Source: the human T2T-CHM13v2.0 reference genome, Homo sapiens
Assembly: GCF_009914755.1 (NCBI RefSeq)
Contig: NC_060932.1
Strand: one strand, 5' to 3'
DNA: 64,000 nucleotides
The translations under genes and the position numbers were made by a program. Numbering within the stretch: the first letter of the stretch is position 1; each line of letters starts with the position of its first letter. Below the pieces are notes generated by a model. The model saw only the letters and a program-made list of their open reading frames with translations. It ran no database searches and was not told where the DNA came from. Positions 1 to 14,226 of the stretch are shown here, piece after piece.

Positions 1-439
1 TGGAGGATCACAGCATACGGTTAGACAAAGGGAATCTTTGTTACATTTAGTGGGAAAGAAGGTGGTATTTGTGCCACTCAAGTCAACAGAAAAAGTAGTT
101 ATATTTTATTATATTCTAATTATGTAAGCTATAATTATAATTACAATTTCATGGGCAATACATGCAATGATCGTTCTTCACAGAATTACATGCAAGAAGG
201 CATATTGTATCATGTTCTCTCCAAATTGGGATATGCAATCATTACTTACCACCACCAGCATTGCTATCATTGCAAAACAAAAAACATAAAAATGTATGAC
301 CATAGCATTAGTGATTTCTTCTCACCAATATCTGGGACTTTGTATATCCTAGCTCTTCCTCAAAGTCAAGGTTGTCTATGACATCATCTGTGGAAATTTC
401 CCTGGAAATGACCCCATTCTTTGAACTTTCCCAGCATGT

Positions 440-793
<354 letters not shown>

Positions 794-2049
794 TAGATAT
801 TTACAACCTTATTTAACTTTATATAATGAATAAAATTTTCTGGAAGTTTAGATTGATGTGTAATTTACCCCAGTATAAATGATTTCTTTATGTTAGGTAT
901 TCAGTAGATACACTTTTGATGAATGAAGAAAAGGGGAAGTTTAACGACAACCAGTGTATTGTTTTCACTCTATTAGTTAAGTTGTATTTTAAAATAAGCC
1001 CCCTATTTTTAATATAATTAACGTATTATTAGTGTCTATATGTGTTCTACCAGCTTTTTCTTAGTGGAGCAAGACTGCCTAAGCATTGTGTCAGAAATAA
1101 CATACAGAAGCCAGCAACAAGTAGCATGGTGTTGTCTTCAGAGTTTTTATAGACCCACCTCCTAATGGTCCATTGGGCCTCATCTTGATGTTTCCATCAT
1201 TGGTTTCTTCATTCTCATTTGTTATACTCCAGTTCTCAAAATTTTGAATAGAATTGTCTAGTCTTGTCACAGTCTCTCTTTGTACTGATGATTCCTTTGT
1301 GCTTATTTACCTTTCAACCTTCAGCTCTTTTGCTTGTGACATAGCCATAGCTCTAGACAAGAGATACTCTTTCGAACAACCCTAACTCTGGGGGTGGAGG
1401 CTTGGTAAAATTTCCATGTCAACATCTTTTCTGCCAATGAAAAGGAATTAAACATACATATAAAAAGTTTGATTTATGTTATTGTTACCAAATATGTAAA
1501 ATATCTATATATTTATTTCTACTTTATACACTGCCTACTTTCAAAAGTACAATTAAAATAAGAGAACGTTAGAATACACAGACAAGCAATTTAGTTTTAT
1601 GCTACACTTTATGCTAGTGCAGTTATTCAGACTGATCCTTAAGATTAGTTTTGACTCCCAAGGTAAAAAGGAAAGAAAATATCGTGGTTCATATAATTAG
1701 CAGATTGAAAAAAACATAATTTTTTCATTTAGATAAACATTTTTTCTATTTCTAAATTCAAATAGGATTATAAATCTTCATGTGAGAGACGCTGATAAAA
1801 ATACATTTAATAATGATTTTATAGAAGACAAAAAATTTTTCTTAATGCATTTATGACTGTAGAAGTCAATGATATTATGCTAATGCCTAACTGAATGAAG
1901 ACAACTGGTAATGACCTAAAAATTATAGACATTTCTGGTGCTCAAATTCATATGGATATAGATGGAAAATCTGTAAAAACCAATGACTAGTATGTCTGGT
2001 AAATAAAATTTCTCATTACAAAATTGTATCAATCCAACATTCTTTACTT

Positions 2050-3725
2050 AGAAAAAAATATTCTTCACATGTGAGAGTGAAATAAAAACATCTTTAGATA
2101 AATAAAAGTTGAGTTAAGTTTCCTGTACTACAACATATACTAAAAGTAGGCCTTCAGGTATAGAGAAATGTCAACAAATGTAAAGTCAGATCTACAGAAA
2201 ACAATAAAAAGCATCAAGAATGGTAGCTATGTGTAAATATTTAAAACTTACTTTCTTTTCCTTATTTTAATTATTTGAAAAAATTTTTGAACATTTAAAA
2301 CTAATATATTGTGGAGTTTATAATTTAAGTATTAATAAATTATGTGAGAAAAGTACAAAAAGGCTAGAGTTAGGTCTAATTATTATCTAAGGTTTTTATA
2401 CTTTATATAAAGGATAAATATTAATTCTAGTTAGAGTGTGACATGTTATGGCCAATAAGACAGATGGAGATAAAAAGAAATACTAAAATATGTAATTAAT
2501 AAAAAAAAAAAACAAGAAAAGAGATGGAAAAGAACAATTAAAAGATGGGACAAACAACAAATACGTAGCAAGATGGCAAACCTAAATCAAGTCATATCAA
2601 TAATTATATTAAAAATGGAGTAAACAATAGAACATATTTGATCAAATATTGGACACATATTTGATCCCCTTATAAAAATACAGGTAGGTTAAAAGGAAAA
2701 TGAAGGTAAAAAGCATATCATGCAAATACAGACAATATAAGAAAGCTGGTGTGACTATATCAGTATTAGACAAATTAGACTTCTGGATGAGAAACATTAC
2801 TGGAAAAAGAGAATGACTATTTATGCAATGAAAGGGCAATTGAGTAGAAGATACAAAAATTGTAAATGTTAAAACATATGAAGAAAAAAATGGGCAGATC
2901 TAAAAAGTAAAATTAGATACATTGATAATCATAGCTGAATGTTTTAATACCCACTTTTATTATTGATTGAATTAGACAAAAATCAGTAAAAATATAGAAT
3001 ATTTGAACAGCGTGATCAAGCAAAGTAACTTAGGATTTATAAGATATTAGCCCTAAAACTACAGTATTTATATTATTTTCAAGTTCATATGTAATATTTT
3101 TTAAGATAATTAATATTCTGGGCATAAAATAAGTTTTTTAACACTTTTTAAAATTAAATTTTATAGATCTTTTTCACTATAATGAAATTAAATTATAAAA
3201 CAGTAAAAATAAGATATAGGAAGACTGAAATATTTCAAAATCAAAAGCATTTTTCTAGGTAACATATGGTCCATAAAGAAAAAAATATATATATTTCAAG
3301 TGAATTTTGAGTTAAAAAAAAACACACTGAAATTTGGAGGACACAGGCCATAGAGGAAAATTGATAACTTTAAATGTCTATATTACCAAGAAGAACAACT
3401 TAAAATCAATAACATATACAACAATAAGGGGACATCTTAAAAATAATAATTATTATTATGCTATGGCAAAAAAACAGACACAAATTCACACTCTTTGATT
3501 TTGTTTACATGAAGCTTAAGACTATGAAAAGCTTTAAAAAATGTGAAATAATAGTTGCCTATAGGAGATGGAAATGCCTGGAATAGGGCATGAGGAAAGT
3601 TCCAATATTAGTGAAAAGATTCTATATCTTGGTTAAGATTTTTGTTTTTTGGGTGTGTACATTTGTAAAAGCTCATTGAATTTTATCCTTAAAGTTGGGG
3701 CACTTAACTGTGAACTTTACAAAAA
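2050..3725 (+). mobile_element. Old L1M LINE remnant (ORF2 endonuclease region joined to 3' UTR)
   Basis: A-rich decayed L1 ORF2 motifs (gaaagctggtgtgactatatcagtattagacaaattagacttc) and an L1M-type 3' end (tgtacatttgtaaaagctcattgaa). Boundaries approximate. Confidence 0.7.
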
Positions 3726-4340
3726 TGAAAAAGAAGGGACTGATAAGATGCAAACAAATCTCGAATTTCAAAAGAAACCTAATCACACTCAGAATCGCCA
3801 CATCACATTTCCACTTGAATTCCAAAGATTCTAATAATCAAACAGTATCAGCTGGCTTTTAATTTAAAGTCTTCATTCTTCGGCTAATTTCAGTGATTGT
3901 GTGCTGACAAAAGGAGAAAGATTTTTTATAAAGTTATTGATGCACTTAGGGCATAGCTCTTAAAAACTATTTTTCTCGTGTTTATTTTCTAGCAGAGTTT
4001 TTAACCATAGAATATCTTCATTTCAACACCTGTCAGTCAGCTTATTTTAAAGAATTCAGCATTATGACAGGCTCACCATGCTCCCAAATAACGGCAAAAC
4101 TGATGTGCAGGAGATGGTTATATAGTTCTGCCCATTTGAACACTGGACAATGTCAGCTGAAAACAATTATTTGAATTTTGACCTAGATGATATTGAGCAG
4201 TAATTGAAGAGCAATTTCCATTATTTTTTGAAACCACTTTAAGGTTTCAGTAATGTCATATATGAGCTATAGGAAGATGCTATATTCCTGAGTTCCATGA
4301 CATATATAAATAAATATAAAAAATATATATATTTTTAAAT

Positions 4341-4719
4341 AATAAATTTGTATTCCAAGTGGTGTGAAATAAAAATAAATGAAAGAAATGTAAATAAATT
4401 ATATTTTCCAGATGAAAAAGTTGATTTAGTTTTAAATATGTTGTATATGTATATAACTATATATAGAAAATATATTATATATTTAATATATAGTATGTTA
4501 TAGCTGCATATATACACAGCATATATATATATATAATATGTGTGTATGTGTATATATATATGCTAAAAACTAAATCCAATGTATTTAGTTTTAAATACAC
4601 TGTATAAAACTAAATACAGTGTATAAAACTAAATACAGTGTATTTAAAACTCAATCAACTTTTTCACCTGGAAAATATAATTTATTTTTATTTTGTACCC
4701 GTTGGAATAAAAATTTATT
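4341..4719. repeat. AT-rich inverted repeat with microsatellite/tandem-repeat centre
   Basis: Arms 4341-4439 and 4641-4719 are reverse complements (tattttccagatgaaaaagttgatttagttttaaata vs tatttaaaactcaatcaacttttttcacctggaaaata). The centre has (TA)n and 19-bp repeats. Confidence 0.85.
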
Positions 4720-4911
4720 CTGTCAACATACTTAAATTAAAGACACATTTTAATCATTCTTATGTGTTTCCTTTTTTCCTGTCATGAGTTGACTGCAACA
4801 TTTACCTATTGAATAAGAAAACGATGACTTGAGGTTTCAATATTCAATATTCAATGAAAACAACAATAAAACAACAAAAGGAGTGCTGCCTGAATGACAT
4901 TAGTCTCTCTC

Positions 4912-5023
4912 TTTTTATTATTATTATTATTATTATACTTTAAGTTCTGGGGTACATGTACACAACGTGCAGGTTTGTTACATAGGTATACATGTGCCAT
5001 GTTGGAATGATGAGTTGATGGGT
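4912..5023 (-). mobile_element. Very short 5'-truncated L1PA 3' end with small inversion
   Basis: ttattatactttaagttctggggtacatg...catgtgccatgttgg is the antisense L1PA 3' terminus, followed by aatgatgagttgatgggt in the opposite orientation. Confidence 0.88.
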
Positions 5024-5271
5024 AGTCTTTTTTTAACTGCTACGGAAGCAATCATGAAAAATAAACTAGGGTTCAATAAGGCCAGGGACCTATATGGTGG
5101 TCTTGCTTTTAGTGTAGATCACAATACTTTTAACAACATATTTTTTCCTTCTCACACAGTAGCAATAACAATCTCTGTATATTATAAAGCATACATTATG
5201 TGTTTACATCTTAGAGTGTTTCTCATTTTCCAAGTAAAGTAGTCATGTTGGGCTTGATCCTCCTGCCATTT

Positions 5272-5366
5272 TATATAGATATAGATATAGATATAGATAC
5301 AGATATATAGATATATATTATATGATAATATATATGATAATATAATATATATATATATAATATATT
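5272..5366. repeat. (ATAGAT)n/(TA)n microsatellite
   Basis: Directly visible simple repeat. Confidence 0.9.
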
Positions 5367-5374
5367 AGTTTCTT

Positions 5375-7060
5375 TCACATGCCAGGAACTATTCTACATG
5401 CTATAAAGAGAGTGAAGAATAAGACAGGAAAAATCCCTTTCCTCATGGGACCCTTATTCTTGTAGAAGAGATTGGCCAAGAAATAGCAAATATGTAACAC
5501 AAATTTAGAGTGAAATCTCCCTTCATAAGGTGGTATTTGTAGAGAGATGTGAAGGAAATGCATAAGAAAGCAAGAGATCTGAAGGTAGAGCATTCCAGGA
5601 AGAGAAGATAAGTGCAAATATCTTGAGACAAAATATACTTGGTTTATTAGGGGAGTGGTGAATAAATTAAGAGTGTCCAGAGTGAGATGAATAAGGAGGA
5701 GAGTGGGAAGAGATGTGTTCAAAACGTAGGTACTGAACAGATCATGAATGGGTTTGTATCTTGTAGTGAAGAAGATGAAGTCAATTTTCAATGAGATGGG
5801 AGGAGATTGGAAGATGTGAAGTAGGGTAAGATGATATGATTATTCTCTCTGCTGAGTAAAGCAGTGACTTTAAGGGGTAAGAGTGGAAACAGGAATACCA
5901 ATTAAAAGTTCTGTCAGTGTAGAAAATTAAAAATAAGACTAGCTATTTTAAGCTTGAAGAAATTTGATGCAAGGAATTAGCTTACAAATTCTATGGAATG
6001 ATTAGAGTAGTGAGCTATAGCCTGACTTCTGACATACAGGAATCAAAAAGCTAGAGTCAAGATGTTGTTGGTTATCATTCATGATGCCACAACTGCCTTT
6101 CCATACTCAGGAAATTAGAGACAGGGCCCTAGAATACTGCTGCAGAATAAAACTCATTTTCCATAAATTTGCTAGTGCTCAAGGAAAAATAAAGCCAAAG
6201 ATTCAGGAAGATATCTGGATTCAGAAAGATTCTGTCTTTCCAAGTTCGAGCCAACATATCTAACTGAAAAAGAAAAATCACATTTAAGAAGTCTTACTGC
6301 AATGAGTCTGGAAAATGTGGTTTCTAATTTCCAGAACTTCCAGAAAAGAAAAGCACTCTAGAATAAAGGCAGGATGAAGATGAAACAAGCTTGCATCCAT
6401 TATACTATGCATCTGTTATGCTATCTAGGAGGGAGAAGATGGTGGTTTGGACTAAATTGGGTGCAGTGGACACAGTGAACCATAGACATGGTCAGAATCT
6501 TGATAAATTTGAAGAGAGAGCTAAAAATACTTCTTGAAAAACTTACTGAATGTGGAATGTAAGGAAAACAGTAGAGTCAGGGTTTATTCCTCCTTTTTGG
6601 TCTTATTAACTGGATGAATGTTAGTCATTTCCTGAACTGGGGATGATGGGATGAGGATGGAAATCAGAGGTTCTGCCTTGGCCACTTTTAAGTTTGAAAT
6701 GCCAGTAACGAGATATAAGATGGTTGAGTAAATCTGGGTAACAAGGAAGAAATGTATTTGGGTGGCATGTGCATATGAATGGCATTTAAAACCATGGCAG
6801 GGTGAAATTGCTTTGAACGTGAGTGTGAAAAAAGAAGGAAATTAAGGGCAAAACCTGTAGTACTTCAACGCTGAGACAGCAGAAAGAGAAGTAGACCTGG
6901 CAAAAGAAGCTGAGTACAGGTAGCCACTGGAGAAGGGCAAGCCCAAGAGAATGCAGTGTCCAAGGAGGTCAAGTGAAGACATGGTTTAAAGAAGGAGGGA
7001 ATGATCACCTGTTTTAAATGCTTAGAATCAAGGAAAATGAAAATTGAGAAGTGGCAGAAT
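5375..7060 (-). mobile_element. L2 LINE remnant, probably interrupted by an old MLT1-type LTR (~5910-6400)
   Basis: Antisense L2 3' region (atgccaggaactattctacatgct...) and purine-rich L2 body (gttctgccttggccacttttaagtttgaaatgcc). The nested LTR call is tentative. Confidence 0.6.
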
Positions 7061-7599
7061 CTCCATTCTAGCCACGAATTCAGCTAGTGGAGAAGGCAAG
7101 GGTTGAACCCCAGAACCAGTTGGAAAATTGGAGTTTTATATAAGGCAGACTAAATTTTAGTCATGGCATATGACCCTAAGTTCAGAATTTAGGGAGCAGA
7201 AAATGGGATCACGGACTAGAGATGAAAGAAACGCCATGTAAATATTCTTCACATGGCTTAGTTGACTTCTCAATAAATCTGTTTCAGAGGTATCAGCATT
7301 TACAACAATAGTAAGATACAGTATCACATGTAATTTTATGAAGGCTGTGAATATATTCATTTAGTCAAGTATTAAATATTTGTTGAAAATTTACTAGGTG
7401 CCAGGCACTAAAAAAAAACTTAGAAATTGTATATGAAGATTACTGGATAACACAATACTGGTATTTTGGCAGATAAAGATGCGTAATTGTGGACTATAAT
7501 TGTGAAAAATTTCTTACATATTGTTTTGAAGTTATAGTTCCAAATAAACTTGATTAATTAAAAGTAATAACTATTAGTATAACATATTGTTTGTAATAG

Positions 7600-7780
7600 A
7601 ATCTCACTTTATCCCCATGATGTCTCATAACATTAAGTTTTTATCATCAATAATTTCTGGATAAAGATACACAGTTTGAAGACATTTCAAAATTTGCCCA
7701 AGGCTATATAGCTACTAAATAATAGAGCAAGTGTTAGATACTAGGTCTTCTGACTCCAAACCGAACCCCATTAATCTTTC
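7600..7780 (-). mobile_element. MIR SINE fragment
   Basis: MIR core-like tttgcccaaggctatatagctactaaat...ctaggtcttctgactccaaa. Confidence 0.6.
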
Positions 7781-9715
7781 ATCCTTGTCTAATCTGGCTA
7801 GAATATTAGGGGTGTGGGGGGTAGAAGTTAAGGAGGGAAATATTTGGAAATATATTGTTTTCATATAGTTTTGTTTAAATTTATTTACTTGGACTTAGCA
7901 TCTTCAGCCTTTCTCGTGTCATTGAAAAATGGCTGTCATGTAAAAGTGTGGTAATAGAAGGTTTTTGAAAAAGAAAGAAAAATGCTGATGAACATCCAAT
8001 GAGGAAGGGGACTAAAGACTGTTCATTAGACTGAAGATTGTTAGTGCTTTGGAGAATATTCATTGTTGTAGCTGCCCTTCTAAAATTGGAGGTTTTATGT
8101 CCACTGTGATGCTAAGTAATTGTGTTTTTCATGTGTTAGGTAGCACCAATGCTTAGGAGCTGAATAAAATGAAACTCACATAGCTGTTATCGTAGGATTT
8201 TTACCCTAAATACCTTAATACATTGGTTGATGCTTTAGAAAAGATTCTTGGTACTCAGTAAGACTATGAGTTTGTGACATCTACAAGAGTAGACCTGACT
8301 CAAAATGTTGATGAAAGTTGAGTGGACAGTCTCCATTCTGATAACTTAACATACAAGTGTTTTCTCCAGTTTAATTACAAACTATGTTTTTGATATTACC
8401 TTGCAAAGCCCAGAGAGCTGAGGCTAAGCCCAATCAACTGCAATGATGTTTGTTACAGTATTAACTTATGTGGGTGACTACACAATCACATTTACCTGTA
8501 CATGATCAATTGTTGAGATTAGAAGAAATAGTAGTGATTTATATTATGGTATATTTGGTGCAACTGACATTTATGAAACACATTGTATGGCATTTGTCAT
8601 TTTGTAGTCACTTTGATGAAAATATGTAAGAATGAAATTTTTAACCTATTTTAAAATTATCTTTGCCATTCATGAAATCAGAACTATTGTGCTTATAGTT
8701 TGAAATCTTTCATCTTACACAATTTAGATTTTTAAACATTTGTGCTTCTCAAATAATTTTGAACTGTGTTCATTCAGTGGTGTATTTAACAAATGATTAT
8801 GGTGCTGGAGTTCCTATTTTGTGTCATGTACTACATTGGGTGCTATGGATAAAGTAATAAAGACAGATATGGTCCTATAAACCAAAATCTGCATTCCAGT
8901 AGGCATGCAATTGGAATTTTTTGAGATATGGAATTTTTAAGGATACCCAGTATCCTTCTAAACCCCAGAATTACATATATTACCAGACAACGAGAAGAGA
9001 TATCCACTGCACTATTGTTTAAATCATCATGGTTCCAAGCTATAGCTTTGTTGACCATAAAAAATTCAGTGTTGGATAGAATTTACTCATTGAAAAATGT
9101 CTTCCTATCTCCCCCTGCTTAATATCCACACAGTATGGCCCTGCAGTAGTCCCAGCCATTGCCTATCAGTACAGCCAGGCAAACTGGTAGTCAAGCAGCC
9201 TGTTTCCTGACATTTCAACTGACGGCCAGTTCATATACCAGGATTTCATTCCAGTCACTATTATAGTCACTATATTTCTGAAGGCCAGCCCATATTAAGG
9301 TATGGAACTGATTGACTGGGATTGCATCAATAAGACAAAGATTATTATTTTCAGGACCTTCTACATGCTTATTATTTCTTGTCATAAAAATCTATGTTCA
9401 TTAAAGAAAATCTGGAAAATAAAGTGCAACAGTAGATACACAAAAAATATTGCTAGTTCCATCATCTCAACATAACCACTGCTAACATTCTGATGTATTA
9501 TTTTGATTTTTTCCTACACATAAGCTTGATTTATTTATTCTTTAAATCTCTATCTTTTCTTTTTTATTCATAAAACCATGTGAGGTCCTCTCAGTGTTCA
9601 CGGTTACAATTTCCTACTTAGCAATTTTCAGAGATTTTCATCAGGTTTGTCAACATATAGATGAAGAAGGAAGTGGTTACAGATATGAGACAGAAAGAGA
9701 GAGAGAGAGTGAACA

Positions 9716-10037
<322 letters not shown>

Positions 10038-10190
10038 GAGAGAGTGACCACTCTTAGTGTCACCTTTGATGCCATATAAACACTTGTCATCTGCCCTTCA
10101 ACACTGGGGCTCTTGTAAGCTCAATTCATAATAAATAAAGTCAATATTTTTTAAAAGAAAAAATTCTAACTAGAAAGTTTCTGTAAGTTC

Positions 10191-10498
10191 TTTTTTTAAA
10201 GTTTAACTTTTATTTTAAGTTCAGGGGTACATGTGCAGGTTTCTTATGTAGGTAAACTTGTGTCATAGGGTTTTGTTGTTTGGATTGTCACCCTGGTATT
10301 AAGTCTAGTACCCATTAGTTATTTTTACTGATCCCCTCCTTCCTACCACCCTCCACCCTGTGATAGACCCTACTGTGTGTTGCCGTCCTCTATGTGTCCA
10401 TGTGTTCTCATTGTTTAGCTCCCATTTATAAGTGAGAACACGCAGTATTGGGTTTTCTGTTACTGTGTTAGTTTGCTAAGGATAATGGCCTCTAGCTC
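10191..10498 (-). mobile_element. L1PA15/16-L1PB-type 3' end
   Basis: ttttaagttcaggggtacatgtgcaggttt...ataagtgagaacacgcagtatt...tttgctaaggataatggcctctagctc. Confidence 0.9.
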
Positions 10499-10579
10499 TT
10501 ATTACTGCTCTTCCACAGTAAGTCAGAATGCTCCTTCTGTGTTACTCTTGGCTGTTGTATGTGTACTGTGCATTACTTA

Positions 10580-11000
10580 GCATTCTTACTTGTAGATAAC
10601 AGACTATTCTAGCTGGTTTGATCACGAATGTATTGATTAAAATATAATAAAGTGTTTACAAAGTTACTGGAAGAGTTAAAGGAACAGACAGTAGGCTGAG
10701 CTGCCAAAATAAACTCCCCAAATCGCACCACAGATCTAGCAAAGAGACAGCTGCCATTGACAACCTCTAAACTACGCTACTTCTGTATGACCAGGATTTC
10801 ATTAGAAACTCTTTCTCACCAACTCTTTCACCAGCAAAATGGATGCCCTACATTTAGAATTTCCCCTCATGTAGCTAACTTATAAATAAAAGGTTTGCAT
10901 GAGTGTGTCTGACTGAGAGATGTTAAGTTCTTATATCAGTATCCTAGTATCAAAGAAGGTTGAGAAACGTAGATTTTTCCCCAGTTATTTTGACGAATTT
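10580..11000 (-). mobile_element. Old MaLR (MLT1-type) LTR fragment, tentative
   Basis: Resembles degenerate MLT1K-N sequence (agataacagactattctagctggttt...tgtgtctgactgagag...aaggttgagaaa). Confidence 0.4.
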
Positions 11001-11404
11001 TTATTCCCCTTGGAAAAACAGGATTCACAATGTGAGGAACTAAAAAGGTGGAGAACGTGCTTCGACCATTTCAATTGCAGATATTCACAATGGTCTGTTT
11101 CTGAAATTGAACATAAGCAGTGAGGAGATAGAAAGATAAAAATGAATGTAGTCTCTACATTCACCAAAGTGTCACTTAAGTGTCAAAGTGTTGCCAGTTC
11201 TTAAAGTCACCAAGTCCTTTCTCCCATGGCACATATGTGGTGCATAAGTACCTGTGTTAGAATTGGGTCTTTTGTCAATTGCCATACTGTTCCTGGCATC
11301 ATCACAATTTTCCATTCTCCAAACCTATTGGTAATTCCCCTCCAGCAGATCAAACTCCAATTTTTTAAAAATGTTTGTTTGTTTTAGCTTTTTTTCAGAG
11401 ACCC

Positions 11405-13100
11405 TTTTTCATGTATTCAACAAATATTTGTTGAGTCTTTAACAAGTGCCAGACCATGAACTAGCTGCTGGTGACACAGCAGTGAATAAAACATTGTCCC
11501 CATAAGGAATGTACATTCTAGCACTGGGCAAATAATAAGCAAGTCAAATGTATATCTCAGGTGGTGATGAGTATAAAGAAAAACATGGCACAGTTAAGGG
11601 TGGTTAGAATGGTATTTTACATAGTTTCATTGCAGAAGGATTTTTGTTTCTGGTAATTTAAAGAGAGTCCTGAATGAAGTAAGGGAATGAGCCATACACA
11701 TGCTAAAGGAAGGAACATAACAGGCCTGGACACTGGGAAAATGGAGCATCTATTTATTGAGTTGGGGAAGGTTAGAGGAATCAAGTTGGAGGGGAATGCT
11801 GTGAAATATATTTTACATGGTTTGTGCAGAAGAGCTACTAAAGTCAAAGTGGAGATGCCATGTCAAGTGGATATTAGATATGTGAATTTGGAGTTAAAAT
11901 TTTCATTATATGTAATTCTCATCTGTAATTAGATGAGATTACCCAAAACAACTGGACCCTAAAACAACTGGACCTGGACACCCCATTATTCAAAGGAGGA
12001 GAATGTAGAAAAGGAAACTGAGCTAGTAAGATGGAAGAAATAAGACTGAGTGGTGCAGATGCCCCGCCCCATATCCTTTAGTTCACCCGAAGCTTCAGCT
12101 TCAGGGTGTATTCAACTGGTAACAACTTCCAAGGTATGTGCCACACAATTTCTCAGAAGGTTCCCAGTGGGTACCAGTGTCCCATGTGGAGAATCTTGCT
12201 GGTTCATACAACTTCTGGTGACTTTTGCCACTTTTCAATTTCACTTTCTCCACTTCCATAACTGTGCTTCTGTTTACCTACAAATAAACTATCTGTACCC
12301 AGGTCCTGTCTCCTGATTTACTTTGTGAGGAACCCAAACCAAGATAATTGATAATCTTGACTACAGCTGTTTTTTTTTGTGAGTGACGGGGAAAATGCTA
12401 AATATAAGATGTTCAAAGAGAGGAAGAACAAATATGTATACTGACAATTGCTTCAAATGCTTTTTATCTGATGAGGAAAAGAGGAATGGAAGGGGGAGGT
12501 TGTGGCAATGTTTTTTCCTTTTTGTTGATGGAATATATTGAAGCAAGTTTTATGATGATGAGAGCTATCTGGCAGCTAGAGAGTAGTAGATGTGAATATG
12601 GTAGCATGTGAAATTTCTTTTTTGAAATAAGTCTTCTGCAGAGAGTAAAGAATTGGGAAAATATATTCAGAGAAAGAGGCCAAGGTGTAAAATAGTTTTC
12701 TAGAAGAGTAAGAGAGTAAATGACTATTGTACTATGTAGAATTGCTAGCCACTTGAAGTTAGCAGTCAGATTTACTGTGAAACTTGTCAGGATGCTCATT
12801 TACCTTTCTTTAACAAAGATCAGTTCTCTTTGAACAGGTGTTAAGTGGGTAGAAACTTGGATTTTAGAAACTTTGCTTATTTTCCTAGGTACATGGAAAG
12901 CTATGGAGTTGTATGCATGTCAGTGATTATAAAGTCAAACAATAGATCCAGGTGAGAAAAGGAGCAAGTGGTAAGATAAATCAATTAATTGTGGGATTTA
13001 ATGTGATCAAATAATAATTTGAGTACAATATTAGAAGACAATTATTTGAAAATACAGGGGATGGTGCTCATAGAACAGGATCCTTGAAAGTGCAATTCTA
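11405..13100 (-). mobile_element. L2 LINE remnant
   Basis: Antisense L2 3' end ttcatgtattcaacaaatatttgttgagt...gtgccagac followed by purine-rich L2 body. Confidence 0.7.
12050..12346 (+). mobile_element. ERVL LTR fragment (LTR33/LTR16-like) nested in L2
   Basis: Typical 3' end caaataaactatctgtacccaggtcctgtctc...gaggaacccaaaccaagata. Confidence 0.6.
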
Positions 13101-14107
13101 CTGGGGAAGAGATAAAAGAGGACGCTCTTACCGGTATCATATAGAGCTGGGACCTCTCTTCCTCCCTTAAATTTAGGATCAAAATCTTCTATATTTTAAT
13201 GTCACCTGACTCCTACTGGGGCTACCTACCACAGTCAATCAGACCTGTTTTCATTCATCTTCACTCCAATGGTGAACATGGTTCACATTCTTTTCTTCAG
13301 GATATCCTCAAATACCATTAAATCCTATTAGGACAGTAGATGTAAGTGGATATTTCCAGAGAAGTGTTTCATTTCTTCCTCCTTTGATACCCAACTCTTG
13401 TACAGCAGGAAGCACTATAACTGTTAGAACCTAAACCACATTGATATTAAGTGGCAATTTGCCTACCATGAAATGTGTGTTCAGTAGATATTTATTAACT
13501 GTTGGCTCTTGACACACATGACATAATCACATGAAACCAGAGACAATATAAATCTTCAGATTTTCATGAGTGGAACTAATCTCTTCCTTCACATGAACTA
13601 GAAGGGAGAGAAAGGAAAGAATAATATGCTGGCATTGTCATTCCATTATGAAAGCTAGAGTTGAAGATGATTTCTGCAACTAGCTACCTGTTTTCTTCTT
13701 GGGGACACAGCACGATGCAGAGAAGGCAACAATAGCAGCAATCCTTTTTCAGGATAATTTCAATCCTTTTTGGTATAGCTACAAGATGTTAAAAAAATTA
13801 AAGTCACTAATAAAACCAATTAATGTATTGAGGAACTGTGACCAAAAAATCTAATAACTTTTATTTTTTTGCATTTTTCCATGTCCTTTGGCTATTCTTC
13901 AAAAGCATCCAAATTAATGGGAATATTCCAGTTGTTTATTGCTGGTACAATTTTTTTTTAGTCCGGTGATAAAGGAGATGGTAGCAAGAAAAGCATTTTT
14001 CACTGGTCAGAATAGAATAGAAGAAACCTTTGTATTTATGGGGGTATTAATGCAAATTTCCTGAAGAAAATGAAGTTTTTGTTACCTTAATATTTTGTCT
14101 AACTTAA

Positions 14108-14226
14108 ACATATATATGTATACATATACACATATGTATAACATATAGGTATACACATACACATATGTATGTATACATACATATACATATATATGTTATA
14201 CATACCTATACACACAAATATATATA
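14108..14226. repeat. (TATACA)n-type low-complexity repeat
   Basis: Directly visible. Confidence 0.85.

Noticed and set aside
9134-9299. Possible exon (cacag|TATGG...TTAAG|gtatgg)
   Set aside because: Stops in all frames, only moderate splice signals and no partner exons.
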